A stretch of 64,000 nucleotides of DNA from an uncultured Streptococcus sp. (GCA_963522395.1 CAUQZY010000001.1:6973-70972), one strand, 5' to 3'; shown: positions 10,296 through 19,751, counted from the stretch's first letter. Notes: generated by a model from the letters alone, not told the origin. A program made the numbers and translations.

Positions 10296-11513
10296 TTATT
10301 GTTTTAGAGACTTTAAAGCAAATTCACCAACTGCTATAGGAACTACATTAGAAGTATTGACATAAATCTGAGTTGTTCCTGTGTCACTGTGTGTTAGAGC
10401 CTCAGAGATAGCTTCTAAGCTCATTCCTGCTTGTTTAGCAAGTGTCGCTCCTGTATGTCGCAGTTTATGAGGTGTAGCATGTGTCAGCCCTTTATGTCGC
10501 TTTCTAATACTTTTCATTTTATTGTTTAGATAGTCAGCATGTAAAGGCTTGTTGATGTTTCCTCTTGTGTCGATATATGTAAAAACAAATTGTTCTGGAT
10601 TACTGATGATGCCAAACTTTGCCAGCTCATATTTTTGTTGCTCTTTCCAAGAGGTAAGGAGTTGAAGTAAGTCATTAGAAATAGAGAAAATAGTTTTCTT
10701 ATTTCCCTTAGTAGATTTTACTTGTCCATATCTATCTAAAGCTTGAATTAGCTGAATCTGTTTTTTTGAAAGATCGATATGTTTCCATTGAAGAGCATAG
10801 GTTTCAGATTTTCTATCGCCTAAGAAAAAAGTGAGATAAAATAGGACATAATCTTTAAGGGTTATTTTATCATTATCTAAATCTTCTTGAAATGCTGAGA
10901 ACCATTCTTGGAGTTGTTCATGAGTTAGATATAAATCTTCCTCTCTCTTTGACTCTGCAAGTTGAATCTTTTTAGTGGCCTTTATTCTTCTTAATATTTT
11001 TGCAACTTTATTAGCTTCTATATACTCAAGTTCTTCTGCCCAGTCAAAAATGGAAATTACATAACTACGTAAAGATTTGAAATTCGCATATTCATTAGCC
11101 TTAGATGTCATTAGATTTAGGATAACTTGCTTATTTTGGTTTAAAAACTGTATCGTATAGTTTCCAAGAAGTGGCAGTATATGTTTTTCAAAACAGGTTT
11201 TGGTATTAGCAATTGTTGACCTGCTTGGTGGTTTAGAAGTAGATGTAGTTTGACCTGCTTTATAAGAGTCCCACCAGATATTGTTATAGAAGTCTGAGAA
11301 AAGAATATCTCCTTTTGCAAGTCCTGTAAATTCATTATCTTCTATTTGATTTAACTTGGTAAGCAAGTCTATCTCAGCTTGTCTTGCCTCCTTTCTAGTT
11401 TTAAATCGCTTATCGTAATAGTTGCTATTGACAATTCCAAGTGGCATTCGTGCTTCAATTGGGATATAGATTTTTAAGCGATAAGTTCCGTTTTTTGTCT
11501 TACTGATAGTCAT
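10296..11513 (-). CDS. Tyrosine recombinase/integrase
   Basis: R (GDRKSE), K (STKG), HKLRH, H (LTHS) and Y (TQIY) catalytic residues; start at MTISK after AAGGAG. Confidence 0.95.
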   Translation of the reverse strand: MTISKTKNGTYRLKIYIPIEARMPLGIVNSNYYDKRFKTRKEARQAEIDLLTKLNQIEDNEFTGLAKGDILFSDFYNNIWWDSYKAGQTTSTSKPPSRSTIANTKTCFEKHILPLLGNYTIQFLNQNKQVILNLMTSKANEYANFKSLRSYVISIFDWAEELEYIEANKVAKILRRIKATKKIQLAESKREEDLYLTHEQLQEWFSAFQEDLDNDKITLKDYVLFYLTFFLGDRKSETYALQWKHIDLSKKQIQLIQALDRYGQVKSTKGNKKTIFSISNDLLQLLTSWKEQQKYELAKFGIISNPEQFVFTYIDTRGNINKPLHADYLNNKMKSIRKRHKGLTHATPHKLRHTGATLAKQAGMSLEAISEALTHSDTGTTQIYVNTSNVVPIAVGEFALKSLKQ

Positions 11514-11579
11514 GATATTCTCCTTGTGTATCGAACCAGAAAATATCATGACTATTATAAAACAAAAATATAGATATTT

Positions 11580-11843
11580 CTAGTTTTGTGAGTAAAGCCA
11601 TGAATTAATGGCTTCTTTATTAAATCGTATAGTCTTGCCTATTTTTATTGTAGGCAGTCCTTTCTTGATCCAACTATCTAGAGTATTGTTTGAGATGCCT
11701 AGATAGTGGCAAGCCTGCTGTTTGTTTAAAAAAGGGCTTTCAAGGCTGCTATGGTGTAGCTTTTTTTCAATTTCTTTTTCGATTAGTTCAGCAAGTAGGA
11801 GCTGAATTTGTTTAACTTGTTCATCTGGTAGAATTACTTGCAT
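11580..11843 (-). CDS. Excisionase-like HTH protein
   Basis: FLNKQQACHYLGISNNTLDSWIKKGLP winged-helix motif directly upstream of the integrase. Confidence 0.82.
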   Translation of the reverse strand: MQVILPDEQVKQIQLLLAELIEKEIEKKLHHSSLESPFLNKQQACHYLGISNNTLDSWIKKGLPTIKIGKTIRFNKEAINSWLYSQN

Positions 11844-11889
11844 AAGTTATTTCTCCCTATTGTGCTATAATTGAAGTATCAGTTGATTT

Positions 11890-12519
11890 TTAATCATCTG
11901 TATTTGCCTCATCAGTATTGCTCGTCAAAGTATCTTCTGAGGAGGTTTTTTTGTTGTTTTGGGGATTATAACGTCTAGAATCTAAAAATTTTGTAAAAAA
12001 GTAGGTTCGTTCAATTATTAATCCCAGTAGTGAAATATCTTTATTTCTAGCGTAGTGAACTAAGTCTTCGAACTCGGTAAAATCGTTATCGGTGATTACA
12101 TCGATAACAGTTTCTAGAAATAAATTTGAATTTTGCTCTATCAAGAACTTATCAAGTTCGAATCCGCAACCTGATTCAATATCTTCTATATTGTATAAAG
12201 TTTTTTCAGGGTTTTCTGCATGTATGAAATAATCGTACATACCTTTTGGTGACATGACAACTTCAACGTGGGAAGGTGTATTGAGTTTCTCAGTAAGAAG
12301 CTCTGATACTTGGGAATAACTTTTTAGCGATTCAAAAAATAAGACTCCGTGCTTGTGCGATTTTTTAAATTCCCCAGTTTCCCTGTTAATGTCCTTATCA
12401 TGCCAAGGGCTAAGAACAAATGGAATGTGTAACTCTTCGAGAATTTCTAAATAATTTTCTGGGGCACTTTCCTTATAGAATAGGAATGCCCATTTATTTG
12501 AACGTTTTTCTTTAGCCAT
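11890..12519 (-). CDS. Rep_2-family (pMV158 RepB-like) HUH endonuclease, replication initiator and/or relaxase
   Basis: SPWHDKD, KKSHKHG (HUH) and YDYFIH (catalytic Tyr) motifs. Confidence 0.88.
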   Translation of the reverse strand: MAKEKRSNKWAFLFYKESAPENYLEILEELHIPFVLSPWHDKDINRETGEFKKSHKHGVLFFESLKSYSQVSELLTEKLNTPSHVEVVMSPKGMYDYFIHAENPEKTLYNIEDIESGCGFELDKFLIEQNSNLFLETVIDVITDNDFTEFEDLVHYARNKDISLLGLIIERTYFFTKFLDSRRYNPQNNKKTSSEDTLTSNTDEANTDD

Positions 12520-12549
12520 TTTGTTTTCTTTCTATGATTATTGATTATT

Positions 12550-12583
12550 GATTTATTGGGGGTCGTAGTAACCCCAATAAATC
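12550..12583 (-). promoter_or_regulatory. nic hairpin (dso/oriT) of pMV158 type
   Basis: Perfect 12-bp inverted repeat gatttattgggg/ccccaataaatc; minus-strand loop reads tTACTACGAC. Confidence 0.82.
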
Positions 12584-12852
12584 TTCTCTTGGGGCTTTGC
12601 CCAAACCCCAGCCTCTCCTGCCCGATGATATCACACACTAAGAACGCTTGAGGACTGGCAAGGGACGGGGTAGTATTTTTCGACTTCGTTACGCTTTCGC
12701 TTTAGGCTTCGCTATACTACGCTGAAAAATCTCCACCCCTCAAAGCCCTTGCAAGACCTCATTTTCCTACTGATTGGCAAGTGCCGACACTATACCGATG
12801 AGATAGCTCAAAAAGGGCTGCTGTCGTCAAAACAAGTATAGCAGGAAAACCG

Positions 12853-13575
12853 CTATTCATACCTTGAGAAAAGCTCCTGAATTCGTAGATTCAAAATTTG
12901 CTGATTCTTAACTGGAATAGTCCGAAACATTCTCACAGGTTCGCCTTCTATTTGAAAATACCCATATCCCCTAGGCTTGACGATGACCTCGTCTTTTTCC
13001 ATATCTGGGAAAAGTAACTGTCTATTGTTGCTTGCATTCAAAAAGCTAGTTGATAAACTGATGACACAATTAAAGTTATATCGTCCAGGCAAATCTACCA
13101 ATAAGAATCGCTGACTGGATAAAATTATTCTGAAGCCTAGGCTTCTACCCATACTATTCATCATTAGCATTTTAGACAGTATTTCCTTGTGTTTCTTTTT
13201 ATCAGTTTGTTCAAGATAAGCTAGAAATGCTTGCCACTCGTCAAAAATAAGATATAGATTGTGGTCATTCGTTTCTACCTTGCTTAATCTGTTTTCAAAG
13301 CGATTATAGATAGTTTCAAACATATCAAGACAGTTGAATCCACGAGCTACATGAGTCCCTGACATTGCGAATAGTTCATCATCAGCTTTAAAATCCATAA
13401 AATAAGCTTCAGCAGATGTATCATGGGTTGCCACAAGACCTATAAATCTATGCAAGAAGGTTGATTTCCCTGAACCAGACGGTCCTGCAATAATCCAAGC
13501 AAAATATCGGTTTATGTCAATGTTGAAAGGGGAAGGGTGTCCCCTACTGTTGACCTCGAAAACGTTTTTAATCAT
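12853..13575 (-). CDS. FtsK/SpoIIIE-type ATPase (TcpA-like coupling protein), no TM segment
   Basis: Walker A GPSGSGKS, Walker B LIFDE, GRSLG..SSQR; likely start MIKNVF after AAGAGG. Confidence 0.8.
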   Translation of the reverse strand: MIKNVFEVNSRGHPSPFNIDINRYFAWIIAGPSGSGKSTFLHRFIGLVATHDTSAEAYFMDFKADDELFAMSGTHVARGFNCLDMFETIYNRFENRLSKVETNDHNLYLIFDEWQAFLAYLEQTDKKKHKEILSKMLMMNSMGRSLGFRIILSSQRFLLVDLPGRYNFNCVISLSTSFLNASNNRQLLFPDMEKDEVIVKPRGYGYFQIEGEPVRMFRTIPVKNQQILNLRIQELFSRYE

Positions 13576-13576
13576 A

Positions 13577-14155
13577 TTAGAAGTCCTCTTCTTGAATGAT
13601 TTCAGTCTGTCTTGCCATACGATTGTGTGTTGCCTCTTCAATTGTTTTGACATCAAATTTAGCAACCCAACCAGCACCAACATTCATTTCTATGTGCATA
13701 TAGTCAAGAGCAAATTCATTTGTGTATTTAGCCAACACTCCCATGAAATAATCTTCAAGCTCCTTTTGGGAGTTTGTGTCAAGATTATTAGCGAGATAGA
13801 TCCAAACATCTATACCTCGTGTGGTAGCAGGATTTATAGTTTTTAACTGTAAATCATGAGATAAGTTTTGATTGAGATGATTGACCACGTTTTGTAAGAC
13901 AGTACCTTTTCGGACTTGTAGTTGTTCATCAGCTTTCTTATTGAACCACCAAAGTGTGACATTTTGAATCAATGTAGTTATAAACTTAACTTGCTTGCCT
14001 GTTAACAAGAGGCATTGTTCCCATAGATTTTCATTTTTCTTAACAACCTCATCTGACAAAATGAGAAACTGTCTTTTTAGAGAGATGCACAGAACATTCA
14101 CACTTTGCCATAGGAACAGTACAATAAAAAGATAGGATAGTATTTTCATTAGCAT
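13577..14155 (-). CDS. Hypothetical protein with an N-terminal TM helix (IME mobilization module)
   Basis: AAGGAG RBS; hydrophobic ILSYLFIVLFLW; stop lies 1 nt from the ATPase start. Confidence 0.65.
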   Translation of the reverse strand: MLMKILSYLFIVLFLWQSVNVLCISLKRQFLILSDEVVKKNENLWEQCLLLTGKQVKFITTLIQNVTLWWFNKKADEQLQVRKGTVLQNVVNHLNQNLSHDLQLKTINPATTRGIDVWIYLANNLDTNSQKELEDYFMGVLAKYTNEFALDYMHIEMNVGAGWVAKFDVKTIEEATHNRMARQTEIIQEEDF

Positions 14156-14228
14156 ATGTTTTATCTCCTTTTTATAGTGAGTAGTTATCATCTACACAAT
14201 GCAGATGATAACTCACTATTTTTATCAC

Positions 14229-14621
14229 TTATTTTAATGAAATATCAGCAAGATCAGCTACAAGAGCGAATCCAATGGGTTGCTTCAATTTGTCAAGTAC
14301 AAATGACAAGTCATACTTGTTAAGTACTATGCTGGTATCAATCAAACTATCTAAGTTTTCATTTTGATAATTCTTTAACTTGATTTTGAACGATGGGCAG
14401 TAAGCTTCTTGACTAATGCTAGCGAACTGTTCATAGAGTTCGACATCTACGCATGTAAGCGATGCCCACGGACGTTTATTTTCTTGACCGTCATTGATGA
14501 TTCCGCTATTTGTATCAATTACTTTCATCTCTGCTGGGATATCAACAGAAGTTGATAAAGCATCTATAAATACTCTTGAACTTTCATAGTTTCCTACGAT
14601 TAATTTTTTTGCTTTTGACAT
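14229..14621 (-). CDS. Hypothetical protein, first gene of the IME mobilization operon
   Basis: 130-aa ORF with AAGGAGG RBS. Confidence 0.7.
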   Translation of the reverse strand: MSKAKKLIVGNYESSRVFIDALSTSVDIPAEMKVIDTNSGIINDGQENKRPWASLTCVDVELYEQFASISQEAYCPSFKIKLKNYQNENLDSLIDTSIVLNKYDLSFVLDKLKQPIGFALVADLADISLK

Positions 14622-15120
14622 ATGAATGCCTCCTTTTCTTTGCGTGGTCAGACTTTCTAGAACGCTGACAAGTAATTTTAATCTTTGATGATAACAAGTT
14701 ATTAAATGTTATCAATTTAACTCAAATAGTACATTTTTCATCACCCCTTTTCTTTGAGTATTCACTTACTATATCGGTAGGGGATTCCTTCAGCTACGTC
14801 ATTTTAATATTAAAAATTAAACTATCTCAAAAATACGCCATTGTATAAATATTATAGTACAGGTAGTCAAAAATTTACGCCAGTGTATATATATTATAGT
14901 ATGGTGTTGTTATAAATTTTCGTCAGACTCTTCTTATTTTGCTCAGGTAGTTAGACCTCTTCGCTGGGATACCTATTTTTTAGGTTGTTTTGATTATTCA
15001 TTTTCGGTAGGGTAAAAGAATTTACGCTAGGGTCTTAGAAATTTTAACAATAGCAAAGAATATTCGGTTTTTATTTACAGGAGAATAAAATAAAACCAAG
15101 TCAATTTTTCGTGACTTGGT

Positions 15121-15456
15121 TTATGTTTCTATTTCGTCAATAAGCTGTATCATGAGCTTGAGAACTCGTTCTTGTTTACTAGGTGTTAGTTCCTTAATTT
15201 TATATATTAGCTGATTTATTAAAGGATTGCTTTCGGTTACGGATATATCGAAAAAAGTCTCTATATCTGTATCAAGTGCATCCATAATTTTTTGTAATGT
15301 TTTTATTTTTATATTAGGCTCAAGATTTTCTAGTTTGTACGTGTATTTTAAAGGTAGGTCCGCGAGCTCCTCTAGTTGCTGTTGAGTCAAATTTTTTTGA
15401 AGTCTCAGTAATCGGATTCTCTTACCTAGATAAGATTGTAGATTTGTTTTTGTCAT
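15121..15456 (-). CDS. XRE-family HTH regulator
   Basis: LGKRIRLLRLQKNLTQQQLEELAD helix-turn-helix; hairpin at 15093-15122 after the stop. Confidence 0.85.
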   Translation of the reverse strand: MTKTNLQSYLGKRIRLLRLQKNLTQQQLEELADLPLKYTYKLENLEPNIKIKTLQKIMDALDTDIETFFDISVTESNPLINQLIYKIKELTPSKQERVLKLMIQLIDEIET

Positions 15457-15600
15457 ATCAGTACCCCTTAAATCCTATCATACTCAATTTTATAGTCTTA
15501 AAAAACTACTATAAAAGAGAAATGCTATATAAAATAGTTTTAAAACACTACAATATGTGATAAAATAGGACTATAGAACTATCAAAAGGAGATTTATAAG

Positions 15601-18300
15601 ATGGAATTACAAAAAGAACATGGAACCATCAAGAAGTTGCGCACAGGCGCTGTTATTTCAACGCTTGCAATCTCGGCTCTAGGGGTATCTACTAGCGTAT
15701 CAGCTAGCGAAACTGAGGTAGCCGTTAATGAGCCTGCAACTAGGGTAGTTGCTAAAGACGAGGTTAAACCTAAAGTTCCTAGTCAAGCTGATGTTGATAA
15801 GGCTAAGGATGAGTCAGATAAAGCTAATCAGGATGTAGCTAAGCAAAAAGAAGTTGTTTCAACTACTGAAGCAAACATTGCTAATGCTGAAAAGACTATC
15901 GCTGACACTACTAAGAAAGTAGAAGAAGCTAAGTCTGTTACACCTGAAAAGGTTGCTGAGGCTAAGGCTGATGCTGACAAGAAAGCCAACGAACTTGCGA
16001 CTGCTGAAAAGGCTGTAGCTGATGCTGATAAGTCTGTATCTGCGACTGCTGAAAAGGTTGCTGACCAAACTAAGGTAGTATCTAATGCTGAGAAAACTGC
16101 CACTGATACGGCTAATAAGGTAGCTGACGCTCAGAAAAAAGTAGATGCTCTTTCATCTACTACTGATGTTGCGCCACTTGAAAAAGAGGTAGCTACGCTT
16201 ACTAACCAAGTTAGTGCTGACACTCAAGCCGTAGCGACTGCTCAGACTAACCTTAACAACGGTAAGAAGGCTCAATCTAATAAAGACCAAGCTATCAAAG
16301 ACGCCCAAACTGGGGTATCTCAAGCTGAAACTAACCTCAGCCAAGCCACTACAGCCCTTGCTAATGCTAAGGCTGACCAATCCAACAAAGACGGTGCAGT
16401 CACTACAGCTAAATCAGCTCTTGACGTAGCTAAACAAGGTGTCACTGAAACAACTACATCTTCTGAAAAGATGTACGATGTTCCAAAGGCAACTTACTCT
16501 CCAGCTCTTTCGCAAGGGTATATTGATGCAATCAAGGCTCTTGCCAACGGCACAGGTACTGCAGATGAAGTCCGTAAGGCAGCTTATAACACACCTTACA
16601 AAGACGAAGTAACTGGTGTAGGTGCTAAATCACTTCGTGATTTTAACTCTACGGGTAAGTACTCTACAGGTGGTTTAGACTTTGTCGCTTATGGTTCAGA
16701 GGACACAGATGCAACAGAAATTGCTGACTTCCAACACCTAACTAAAGAGCAACAAATTCGTTTGGCTACCTATGCAGCGTCTATTATTAACAAGTTGCGT
16801 GCTAAGTTTGGTACTGCTCCTGTTACAGTAGGTGATAGTTCTCTTAAATTGTCTGAAGCATTCAATAACTACGCTAATTCTTTCATAAATTCTAATAGCG
16901 CAGTTCTTAGTGAACACAACCTTAAAAGCCTTAAAGAGAAGTATGAGCTTGCTAAGGAAGAGTCTAATGTAGCTACTCCCTCTCTTGCAATTCGCTCTAA
17001 GAAGATTCCAGACTTTTTAGAACTAAATCAAAAAGTAAATACTATGGCTCGTATCAAACAAGTTATGTATCAGGGTATTGTCAATGCTTTAATGGGTGTT
17101 AATGCGAATACATCAAGCACAGAACAGTATAGTAGTGCAATTTCTCTTCTTGGGTTGCGTGATGCTGATAAGACTAACTTTGGTGTTGGTATCGGATATA
17201 TTGGTAGCTACACAACTAAAGGCTATGAAGCATCAATCACATTGTCAGTTCCTAAAGAAATTACTACAACTACTAAGAAGGTAGACGCTAAGGCAGTTGA
17301 AACTGCACAAAAATCCTATGATGATGCAGTTAAAGTCTCTCAAGAAGCTAAAACAGCCGTCCAATCAGCCCAAACTGCCTACACTAACGCTGAGACAGCT
17401 CTTGCTAATGCTCGTACTCATCTTTCTGATTTGGTAGGTAATAAGATTGACGTCCCTGCTCTTGAAAAGGCTCTTGCGGATGCTAAAGATAAACTAGCGC
17501 AAGACACTAAAGCTTTGCAAACTGCTAAGGAATCGCTTGCTCTAGCTAAATCAAACGCTACTGACAAGGCTAAGGCTCTTGCAGATGCTAAGTCAGCTCT
17601 TGAGACTGCTAAGGCTGAACAATCTAATGCTGATAAGACTCTTGCTACTGCTAAGGGTGAATTGGAAGTCCTTACTAAGGCTCATGATGTAGCAGTCTTG
17701 GCTCGTAAGTCAGCTGGTCAAGACCTTGCTCGTAAACGTGAAGCGTCTAAAGAAGCTACTGACACTCATGCAGTTCTTGAACTTGCTCTTACTAATCGTG
17801 ATGAAGTCCTTAAGGCTTTGGATAAAGAACTTACTGACGCTAAATCTAAGCTTGGTGTACTTCGTGCTGAGTTGGAAACTGCTAAGGAAGAGTTAGCTCG
17901 TCTTGAGGGTATCGCAGAAGCTAAGGCTCGTGGGTATGAGAACTTCAAGCAACTCAAAGCCGACCATGACGCATACCTTGCTGAACAACAACGCTTGCAG
18001 GCTTTGAAAGACAGAGCAGAAGAAATCCGTAATGCAGGTGGGGAGGTTAAACCTGTCCTTGATGCTGACGGTAAAGTAGTTGATGTTGTGGATGGGAAGG
18101 CTCAAAATAATGTTGTAGTTGCTACAGTAGGAACTAAAGACGATAAAACATATCAAGCTCCTGCACAAGCTACAAATGCAAAAGCAGAATCTAAGAAACA
18201 ACTTCCAAATACAGGAACGAAGGATTCAGGACTTTTAGCATTGCTTGGAGCAAGTGTTGGACTATTTGCTTTAGCAGGAAAACGAAAATATAATAGATAA
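15601..18300 (+). CDS. LPXTG-anchored coiled-coil surface protein with a SEC10/PgrA (surface exclusion-type) domain
   Basis: Signal peptide; Ala/Lys heptad stalks; DFQHLTKEQQIRLATYAASIINKLRAKFG and TMARIKQVMY motifs; LPNTG plus TM and basic tail. Confidence 0.8.
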   Translation: MELQKEHGTIKKLRTGAVISTLAISALGVSTSVSASETEVAVNEPATRVVAKDEVKPKVPSQADVDKAKDESDKANQDVAKQKEVVSTTEANIANAEKTIADTTKKVEEAKSVTPEKVAEAKADADKKANELATAEKAVADADKSVSATAEKVADQTKVVSNAEKTATDTANKVADAQKKVDALSSTTDVAPLEKEVATLTNQVSADTQAVATAQTNLNNGKKAQSNKDQAIKDAQTGVSQAETNLSQATTALANAKADQSNKDGAVTTAKSALDVAKQGVTETTTSSEKMYDVPKATYSPALSQGYIDAIKALANGTGTADEVRKAAYNTPYKDEVTGVGAKSLRDFNSTGKYSTGGLDFVAYGSEDTDATEIADFQHLTKEQQIRLATYAASIINKLRAKFGTAPVTVGDSSLKLSEAFNNYANSFINSNSAVLSEHNLKSLKEKYELAKEESNVATPSLAIRSKKIPDFLELNQKVNTMARIKQVMYQGIVNALMGVNANTSSTEQYSSAISLLGLRDADKTNFGVGIGYIGSYTTKGYEASITLSVPKEITTTTKKVDAKAVETAQKSYDDAVKVSQEAKTAVQSAQTAYTNAETALANARTHLSDLVGNKIDVPALEKALADAKDKLAQDTKALQTAKESLALAKSNATDKAKALADAKSALETAKAEQSNADKTLATAKGELEVLTKAHDVAVLARKSAGQDLARKREASKEATDTHAVLELALTNRDEVLKALDKELTDAKSKLGVLRAELETAKEELARLEGIAEAKARGYENFKQLKADHDAYLAEQQRLQALKDRAEEIRNAGGEVKPVLDADGKVVDVVDGKAQNNVVVATVGTKDDKTYQAPAQATNAKAESKKQLPNTGTKDSGLLALLGASVGLFALAGKRKYNR

Positions 18301-18329
18301 AAAGAAAGAGAGCGGTGGCTCTCTTTTCT
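18301..18329 (+). terminator. Terminator hairpin after the surface protein gene
   Basis: aagagagc-ggtg-gctctctt followed by ttct. Confidence 0.7.
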
Positions 18330-18526
18330 ATGGTGTTGTTCTAATATGTATAAATTTTATATAAGGGAAACTTTTGATATTCTGGTTCGATTTTTACTTA
18401 TTTTTTATGAAAGTTTACCTTATTTTAATGAAACTGATTGAAATTTGTTGAAATTTTATTTTTTGAAAACCTATGAAAACGTTGATTTTAAAGCACTTTG
18501 AAATTAGATAAAATAAGTGGTGCCCC

Positions 18527-18576
18527 AACCAGGTCTTAAGAAAGCTCGTAAAGCTAGCCAGTTCTCAAAACGTTAA
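18527..18576 (+). repeat. att site copy 2 (internal junction between the two elements)
   Basis: 28-bp identity with 10140-10167, then a synonymous rpsI tail gct agc cag ttc tca aaa cgt taa. Confidence 0.92.
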
Positions 18577-18601
18577 GAACCAGCTACAATACAGCATTTA
18601 C

Positions 18602-18636
18602 AACACTTCATGGTTCACACCATGGAGTGTTTTTTT
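18602..18636 (+). terminator. Terminator supplied by the second element after its rpsI tail
   Basis: aacacttcatgg/ccatggagtgtt stem followed by a T run. Confidence 0.75.
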
Positions 18637-18673
18637 GATAATTTTTAGCAAAATTCACACCAAATTCACACCA

Positions 18674-18814
18674 TTACTTTTTAAGATTACGATAGGCAAT
18701 CTCTCCAACAGCCATTGGAATAACATTCGAAGTATTGACATAAGTCTTTGTTGTAAGGGTATCACTATGGGTTAGAGCTTCATAGATTCCATAGTTTAAT
18801 CCAGTTTTAGCCAT
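18674..18814 (-). pseudogene. 46-aa in-frame fusion of another gene's start to the integrase C-terminal remnant
   Basis: Translates MAKTGLNYGIY-EALTHSDTLTTKTYVNTSNVIPMAVGEIAYRNLKK; the last 35 aa align with the element-1 integrase end EALTHSDTGTTQIYVNTSNVVPIAVGEFALKSLKQ. Confidence 0.88.
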
Positions 18815-18835
18815 TTTATTTTCTCCTTTATTTTG

Positions 18836-19132
18836 TTATTTCTTGCGTACTAGCTTCTCAGCAAAAACATTAAGAGCAGGTGCGACAGAATTTCCATTAA
18901 GCGATGTATCTGATAGGAAAATAGGGTTAACTGCTTCAACTAGAGCATCTTCTGGAAAGACAGTGGTAGAAGCAGGTGTAATAACGTGGAAGGCACTATG
19001 AGTTTCACTATTTAGAATATGCCGTTGGTACTTTCCTTCTTTACCAAAGATATAACGTGGTGCATTTCCTAGTTTTTCATAGTAAGCTAGGTCGGTAAAT
19101 TCTGGTTTCATTTTTAAAGTTTCTGGGATCAT
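18836..19132 (-). CDS. Hypothetical protein, leftover of the mobilization operon
   Basis: 98-aa ORF with GAAAGGAA RBS. Confidence 0.65.
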   Translation of the reverse strand: MIPETLKMKPEFTDLAYYEKLGNAPRYIFGKEGKYQRHILNSETHSAFHVITPASTTVFPEDALVEAVNPIFLSDTSLNGNSVAPALNVFAEKLVRKK

Positions 19133-19165
19133 AAGTTTTCCTTTCTGATTGTAAAATAAAAAGAG

Positions 19166-19412
19166 TTAAGCTGGTAGCTTCACTCTTGAGTAGTAGTGAG
19201 TAGAGAGTTTACGTTTAAACATTCTAGTATAGAATTCCACCTCAGCATGAGAAAATCCTGTGATGAGTGATTTCTTTGCTAAAGACTCTAAGTTATTCAA
19301 AGCTTGAGTGTATAGCTGTGCAGTTAGTTTATCAGATGAACTGAAGATTCTATAAGTAAATGTGTAATTATCGTAAAGTCGTTTACATTGCAGTGAGAAA
19401 AAAATTTGTCAT
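19166..19412 (-). pseudogene. Small gene frameshifted in a T7 tract (81 aa if T6)
   Basis: AAAGGAG RBS, ATG at 19412; MTNFF then the +1 frame is open as SLQCKRLYDNY...RVKLPA* to 19166. Confidence 0.65.
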
Positions 19413-19751
19413 AGTTTTCTCCTTTATCATAAAAGTAAAAAGCTACTAAGAAAAAAGAAGACTTAGAAATTTGAGAGTAAGTCTATCTAATAAGGATAGA
19501 CAGCAGTAAAGAAAAGTTATTTGGTTGGAAAGAATACTCTTTCCACGGTGGTAACGTTTAGCAAGGTGCTTTGCGTAAATTACCATCGCTTTCCCAGCCA
19601 ATCTCAAAAGGTAGTCACTATCATACCTCATGGATTCTCTTACGCCCTTTGGCGAGGCCAGTTCACTTTACTATACGGAAAAGTGCGAAAGTCCGAAATG
19701 CGTGGAAGCCCACAAAAATGTTTTATATCTTCACTTCAACCATAAATAGAC

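Larger units (their letters stand above)
10168..18554. mobile_element. Integrative mobilizable element (IME) at the rpsI 3' end, apparently intact
   Basis: Flanked by 28-bp direct repeats; encodes tyrosine integrase, Xis-like protein, Rep_2/HUH protein, FtsK-like ATPase, XRE regulator and LPXTG protein; no type IV secretion genes. Confidence 0.9.

Noticed and set aside
15601..18300. Repetitive gctaag/gctga runs here and at 61800-64000 as a possible CRISPR array or DNA tandem repeat
   Set aside because: They are Ala/Lys/Asp codons of coiled-coil regions in one open frame; there is no constant repeat-spacer periodicity and no cas gene.
10168..18554. Prophage, phage satellite or full ICE interpretation
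   Set aside because: No phage structural, primase or terminase genes and no VirB4/mating-pore genes; the Rep_2 plus FtsK module fits an IME.
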